Shown here: positions 59,101 to 64,000 of the stretch, piece after piece
Position numbering within the stretch: the first letter of the stretch is position 1
How the letters are laid out: each line of letters opens with the position of its first letter
Notes under the pieces: generated by a model
What the model saw: the letters and a program-made list of their open reading frames with translations, nothing else
The model's database searches: none
What the model was told of the DNA's origin: nothing
Program-made: the position numbers and the translations under genes
DNA from: Perkinsela sp. CCAP 1560/9
Taxonomy: Eukaryota > Protista > Euglenozoa: Kinetoplastea
DNA length: 64,000 bases
Assembly (NCBI GenBank): GCA_965644495.1
Contig: CBFFSA010000041.1
Location: 1 to 64,000 of the forward strand
Direction of reading: 5' to 3'

Positions 59101-60484
59101 CTGTGCTGAATTTTGGAATGGGAGCAGTTCATATTTCTCAAAAGGAGCTCCGTAAAATTGATATTGAGGTCAACACAATGAGAAGAATTGCCACCCGTTC
59201 AAACAAAGTTGATGAGTACGGGTTATGCTACCCCAACGCTTCTCTCTATGTTAATACCGACAGGTTTTCTCCTATTCATAAAGTACAGCGAGCAAAACTG
59301 GTGGGACATATGATCCGTCATTCTTCAGACTTTCGGGAACTGATTCAATGGAAACAACGTAGCAACGCTAGATTACCTTCCCCAAGTGAAGCTTGTGTTA
59401 AAGATCTTGGCATTACTATTGAACAAGCATTGGTTTACGCCATGGACCGCGAGCATTGGTTCAGAATTACAGAACAACTTCGTGACAACCTTGAACCAGC
59501 TGCAACCTATATAAAATCTGGCACGCAAAAGTGGAGAACCGCCGTCACAAAAGCCAAGAAGACTAAAGACTTGCGCGAGTTACAGTATATTGAAGAGTCA
59601 ACGGATCCTTTCCCTAACTTTAAAGCTATGCAGATATATACGGATGCTTCTATTAAGAGTATGGTTAGTTCTCAGGAAATTCGAAGTGGCGCTGGTATTG
59701 TGGTTATACCAACGAAAAAAGATCCAATAAGATGTTCAATCCCACTGGAAGTTACAACAATTGAGAGAGCAGAACTTCAATCGTTTTATTTAGCTCTCAA
59801 CAAATTGCCAGAAAATTCATGCGCGTGCTTGTTTCACACAGATTCGCATTACGTTTGGGACTTCTTTCACAATTTACGAAATAAACGGCGCATTGTGGGA
59901 TACACTGGGACAAAAAATGGCGACCTAATGTATGATGTGGACGCAAAGCTCAGGTTACTAAAATTCCATTCGTATAATATATATTTGTGCAAGGTAAAGG
60001 CGCACATTGGAAACAAATGGAATGAGGAGGCAGATGGTCTAGCACTTTTGGCATCACGAAAAGTGGCACGGGCTCCGACCCAAAAAAGGAGAAAAACAAC
60101 TGCTAACTCGGAGGATAGTGAGAATTCACAACCGTTATGGTCTTTGAAAGCCTTACTCAAAAGGAAGTCCCTTGGAAATAAGCAAGCACGAGACATTCCA
60201 TCATCCAAGCGCGAAGCTGAGGCGGAAGGGGTATTTCGAGGGAAGGTTGCGAGAGCTGGCGGTAATAGGAAACCGTCTAAGTAGGGAGAGAATTGATGGA
60301 ATTATTTCTTTGCCAACTTAGAATACCTTGAGGATTATTCATAGGTTATCGGAAAAATATTGTTTGTTTGTACCGTATCAGACACATATAAACTCTGAAC
60401 GTGGAAGCGATAGATGAAAGCTTTCAAGGTGTAAACATTAAGTTTTTCAACCGACTTTACGTCGGTCTTTTGGATTGGATTGGA
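56166..60484 (+). mobile_element. APE-RT-RNase H element X copy 2, full length
   Basis: TSD CGGTAACAGC(ATC) at 56156-56168 and 60485-60497; (TTGGA)3 tail. Confidence 0.93.
56193..60284 (+). CDS. X polyprotein: N-terminal small domain, APE, RT, RNase H
   Basis: Starts MADASG as Z does; MQET, GDFNA, YADD, YTDAS..RAEL..HTDS..VKAHIGNKWNEEAD. Confidence 0.93.
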   Translation: MADASGAQESTRIMNLLLRSTLDRGDLFRPHKGGRSPAKLRARSLRQLLLRMEKGARLAVVWRYGYSDDLKLWEGVVERWLGLWRIRYTERPRETLPFPPLSPLIVLCAARVFKPFSLSSRKKRHRKSRALSGKRALHDSEGPRGPAVKGKLNVATLNVTSLKLKGEDEFSLRKCGHLYEVLNFMNMKGINILGMQETRYRFSSSEKSEVLCRKVQYQNSEYFFNLITARAKDAYNGMGIVSSMPMSKVFRVSERIMVGEFEMEDGVGTVVNVYAPTRDSSELALSTFYGDLEKCCTKALENNLRRPLFVIGDFNAPLTLISNKEMDPLAVARLKGLSCAMGCKSAHSLCPSSRKWTCELPNKTLRQLDHIFISSRFASAIQRHKVVKAPVPTTHCCVIASVKIKWRAVNPKAANNYLSWAFLRNSENLQAFITKVHSQSEKGGNIKQGWERLSNSIITAAKNFKKPQKRTINREPIKHVKINNLRGLYQRSRQKTTFNELIKEHKKDIEQTISEECLELENKLRKNHSNPWRTLRQICGQYRTQFNTNGETRDMKLQAIREHFLKFSNYDAGDPNISFDPIPPLFVPIEDGPFIVEELTLSVKHFGRGRAPGSDGIPMEALQAIASHEVLREQLLGIINKVYETGSTDEAWRMTLQIPIPKKGDLTDISNWRPICVVNSVVKLMNHMILSRIRPSVEGFLRDNQYGFRPNRSTAGAQIIMNEVKTKAFRKDGIMVAFVDFAKAFPSVSFAAIKACLNAFRVGNRLSTTILSIYRDLKGTVRTPFGNTEPFPITTGILQGDVLAPYLFVMVMDRILHKALDDGSDGVLLKSRGTRKRGLNEKRLSDIDYADDVALFSDSREGLQNMINSVSREAVKANLRLAVGQTKTAWMSFGKVARSENDPVIYNNNLEVPKVGSYRHLGQRQDQDFSSTVKDRLKLAWGSLHRLNGIWSSPLSEGMKLRLYDALVYPVLNFGMGAVHISQKELRKIDIEVNTMRRIATRSNKVDEYGLCYPNASLYVNTDRFSPIHKVQRAKLVGHMIRHSSDFRELIQWKQRSNARLPSPSEACVKDLGITIEQALVYAMDREHWFRITEQLRDNLEPAATYIKSGTQKWRTAVTKAKKTKDLRELQYIEESTDPFPNFKAMQIYTDASIKSMVSSQEIRSGAGIVVIPTKKDPIRCSIPLEVTTIERAELQSFYLALNKLPENSCACLFHTDSHYVWDFFHNLRNKRRIVGYTGTKNGDLMYDVDAKLRLLKFHSYNIYLCKVKAHIGNKWNEEADGLALLASRKVARAPTQKRRKTTANSEDSENSQPLWSLKALLKRKSLGNKQARDIPSSKREAEAEGVFRGKVARAGGNRKPSK

Positions 60485-63400
60485 CGGTAACAGCATCCCT
60501 AATGAATGGTGGTACAGAGAAGGCCGTTTTCTATGCACCTCATGCGGACGCCACTACGACAACCACAAACGATCATCGCACACACACAGCTGCAAAGGAA
60601 CGAAAACCGTCGCGCTCCTTTCTCCCGAACTTCTTACTCCACCCAACGAAGTGAGCACCGCACCAACACCAGAGAACACCAACTTTGAGCTCCCACCTCT
60701 TCCTTCTGTCTGCTCTCTTCAGCTGAGTACGTGCAAAGACGTGCCTTATCGTTGCCGCCAGATCTGGGAAGAAATCCTCTCCTCCGCCATTCGGAACGCG
60801 GTCTCTGAAAACTCCTTACAGGCATGGACGCTTCTGGCCATGCTTCCCAAATGCGTTTTACCAGCTCCGCATCGAGGGGGCCGCAAAGGCCACATGGCAT
60901 ATGCCTCACATGCGTATAAATGCATGCAGCGTTGGGCGGAACAAGAGTACTCGGACCTATGGAGCGAAGCAATTGTAGCCTGTCGAAAAAAGCAAAAATC
61001 TCCAACGGAATTCCCTGACGAAGACGAGAAGGCAGCGATTCGAGCAGAACTCCTCGTCCGCCACGGCGAGCTCTCTAGAGGGTTGGCCTCCCTAACGTCA
61101 GATCCAATGGCGCCTGACGATGACGAGACATTTGAAAAATTGCTAGAAAAACACCCCCGTCGTCTTCAAATTGACTCGTGCGAAAACTGCCCGCCCCCGA
61201 ACTGCGCTCCACTGGAACTTGACGAACGCGAAGTTGCAAAGACGCTGAAGAGCTTCAACAGGGGTTCCTCTGCCGGCACTATGGGATTACGCCCAGAGCA
61301 CCTACAGGCAGCACTGCTCGTACACGGAAATGACTTTCTCCGATCCCTCACAAAGCTAACAAATCACCTCCTAGCTGGGAAGGCACCCTCTGAAGTACAG
61401 GCGCACTTCGCAGGGGCGCGCTTATGCGCCCTATCAAAGGGCGAAAATGATGTTCGTCCGATCGCTGCCGGTGAAACCCTTCGGCGATTAGCGAGCAAAG
61501 CCGTATGCAACGCAATCCGACCCAAAGCGAGCGAGCTCTTTGAAGGCAAACAGTACGGAGTGGCAGCGACAGCCGGGGCCGAAAGAGTCATTCACATGTG
61601 TCGCCTGGCCATGTCGTCCAATATGGAAAACCCGAACTTCGTCATGTGCAAAGTGGACCTACGTAACGCTTTCAATAACGTAAGCAGGGCTGCCTTCCTT
61701 CCACTAGTACAGGAATATTTCCCGGAACTCTTCCCTTGGATCAATTGGTGCTATTCCGACCCCAGCTCTCTTACCTACGGGGCCCGATTCATCTCCTCCG
61801 AGGAAGGAGTACAACAGGGCGATCCCCTAGGACCATTGCTCTTCTCGTTAGTGGCCCTGGAGCTCTCAGAAGCCATTAACCTTCAAACTGATATTCCCGC
61901 CCAACTCTGGTATCTCGACGATGGCGTCCTCGTTGGCCAGGCGCAGGAAGTTAGAGACGCCCTAGACACGATCGCCCGAGTAGGACCTCAATGGGGCTTG
62001 TATCTCAATACGTCGAAATGCGAAATTATTACTTCCCCCAGCTCGGCCCACCAGGCTGATTACTTCCCAGACATACCCGACGAGAAGATCAATTCGCAGG
62101 GGAACTTTGACATACTAGGGAGTCCTGTAGGATCCGCCGACCACTGCTCTGCTTATCTTCTTTCTCACGCCCTAGAACCAGCCGAGGATACCCTCGATGC
62201 CATCACCAACATTCAGGACCCCCAGGTCGCGCTTGCCCTAATTCGTCAATGTGCGGGGTTCTGTCAAATGGTGTATGCCATGAGAAGCACGCCCCCACAG
62301 TCCCTGATTCACCTTTGCTCCCGTTTAGACGACTTTCTCATGACCGCTATAGAGGCAATCATCTGTCCTCTGGACAGGTCAGCACAATCTCAAGCACAGC
62401 GACTGAAGCGTCATGGGGGATTAGGTCTGAGATCCGCAGCTCTCCACGCTTCCGCGGCTTACGTTGCATCCGTCGCCTTTGCCTCTGCCACAGATTCCTG
62501 GGATCCCACAGACGCTGAAGGTTTCTCGGAGGCCATCCTCGACATCAATCAGAAGGCCGGCACTGCTCTCCTCGATCCCCGAGGTCGTGTTCTCACGACT
62601 CCCAACGCCCCATGCGAGAAGGCCCTGAGCGCGCCGTACTCCTACCGGAAGAGAAGGCGCCCTCCGCCAGGGAATGATCCTCACCCCCCGGACGAGCCTC
62701 CGGGACATATTCTTCGTACGACTTCCCGCACGGCCAACACACCCACGGATGCCTACCCACTCTCGACTCCCCTCTACGGTTCTGAAGAATGCCAGGACAT
62801 GTTACCCCCACAGTGGCCCAAAGGGAAGATCCCGCGCCAGCGGGTAATCAGTTATGCTATTGCAGCCCATGCCTTTTCCCAGGAATATGAGACAACTGAC
62901 GCACGAACCCGTGCAAGGTGGATCTCCCAGTGTGGCACGGGAGCGAGCAGCTGGGCCTTTGTGACTCCTTCGAAAGACCTTGGGCACGCCTTTACCCCCA
63001 CACAATTCCGAACTTTGGCCCGTTGGTGGTTAGGCGTGGACATCTACCATGAAGATAGCACGTGCCCCATGCCGAAATGCTCGCTCCCCCTTGACAGCAA
63101 AGGGGACCATGCACTGTCTTGCAAACATGGCCATGGTATTGTGACCAGGCACAACGCTGTTACGGACCAGTTCGCGGACGTGTGCAGTCGAGCCCGCCTC
63201 GCCCCTCAACGAGAAAAGAGTCTCGGGAACAGGGGCCCAGGCGGGGCCCTCACCAGACCTGGCGACATATACTTGCCCAGCCTTTTTCTTGGAAATCCCA
63301 TTGTGCTTGACTTCGCGGTCACCCATGCTCAGCAATTAAAATATACGGACAAAGTCCGAAACGCTAGCTGGGTTGCCGCGGGGTCATTTGCCGAACATTA

Positions 63401-64000
63401 TTCCTCAATGGAGAAGGGCAAGCAGCGTCGAGAAGCCGTAGAGGCAGGATGCGACTTTACGGCCATGGTTGTCGAAAGTTATGGCGCCTGGAGCCCCAGC
63501 GCTTCAGCCGTGCTCCGCAAAGTCGGTGAGAGGTGTTCGCACGCCTCGGGGGGTCTACTTTCGGAAGGTGAGGCAACGAGCCGAATCTTCGCTGAACTAA
63601 ACATAACCCTTATGCGCTTTCAAGCGCGCATGATGGTTGCTCGTTCACCTTCCGAAGACCCCATCGCAACTCTGGAGGAATAGCCTCCAGAGCGGCCCGA
63701 GGCCGATCGAGCCGACAGTGCCTATCCTCACGCCTCGCTTTCACGAGCAAGGTACCCCAATGTGAGACAGGTATGGATTCGGAACATTCATCCGAATCCG
63801 GCGATCAAAACCCAACTTCGTGACCGTGCCGCTGTCGGCACATGCCCGCGCCTGCGCCCTCCCGCATAACAAGGGAAGGGTTCCCAAGCCAGGCCGTGGA
63901 GAGGTCGAGAGACCCGGTCCGAAGCGCGCACTGCTGGAAGAAGGGGTGGAGCACTCGCGGATTGATTTCTGGGGGGAAGTGAGGGAAAGAGGAGGGCAAA

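Larger units (their letters stand above)
55318..64000 (+). mobile_element. Family E RLE element (ORF 55401-56165 continuing ~60495-63683), interrupted by X copy 2; 3' UTR runs off the window
   Basis: Removing X restores ..ACRHGNSIPNEWW..; LsmAD-like motif, fingers, WYLDDG, RPGD. Confidence 0.92.

Noticed and set aside
8389-60484. APE elements specifically target RLE elements
   Set aside because: The window offers almost no other target, and the three TSDs share no clear consensus.
291-63999. Numerous 60-150-aa overlapping or antisense ORFs, including those in the 3' UTR module
   Set aside because: Shadows of the long ORFs or of repeated GC-rich UTRs; no recognisable domains and frames not conserved between families.
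1-64000. Whole array is a cDNA-concatemer or assembly artefact
   Set aside because: Nested insertions with TSDs and diverged duplicates spanning poly(A) junctions indicate genomic history; read support should still be checked.

Overview
Eukaryotic, gene-free 64-kb window made almost entirely of non-LTR retrotransposons. The host is probably a euglenozoan (kinetoplastid/diplonemid type), because a mini-exon/spliced-leader (SL)-like sequence (...TAACGATAAAGATACAGTTTCTGTACCTTGTTG) occurs six times. The backbone is a strictly co-oriented (+), head-to-tail, poly(A)-punctuated array of RT + restriction-like-endonuclease (RLE, CRE-type) elements from at least eight families, here labelled A-H. Full-length A, B, D and E copies begin with the SL exon directly after the previous poly(A). 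They encode an N-terminal LsmAD (ataxin-2/Pbp1-like) motif, then zinc fingers, RT and RLE. Families A-E end in a shared ~230-nt covarying RNA structure plus poly(A). Four single-ORF APE-RT-RNase H elements (families X, Y, Z) are nested in this backbone. They have microsatellite tails, three have ~10-14-bp TSDs, and two have 5' ends made of an exactly 18-nt unit reiterated 6x or 59x. There are also multi-kb duplications, chimeric fragments and short poly(A)-ended cassettes. Family labels are mine; domain calls come from visual motif recognition, not database searches.
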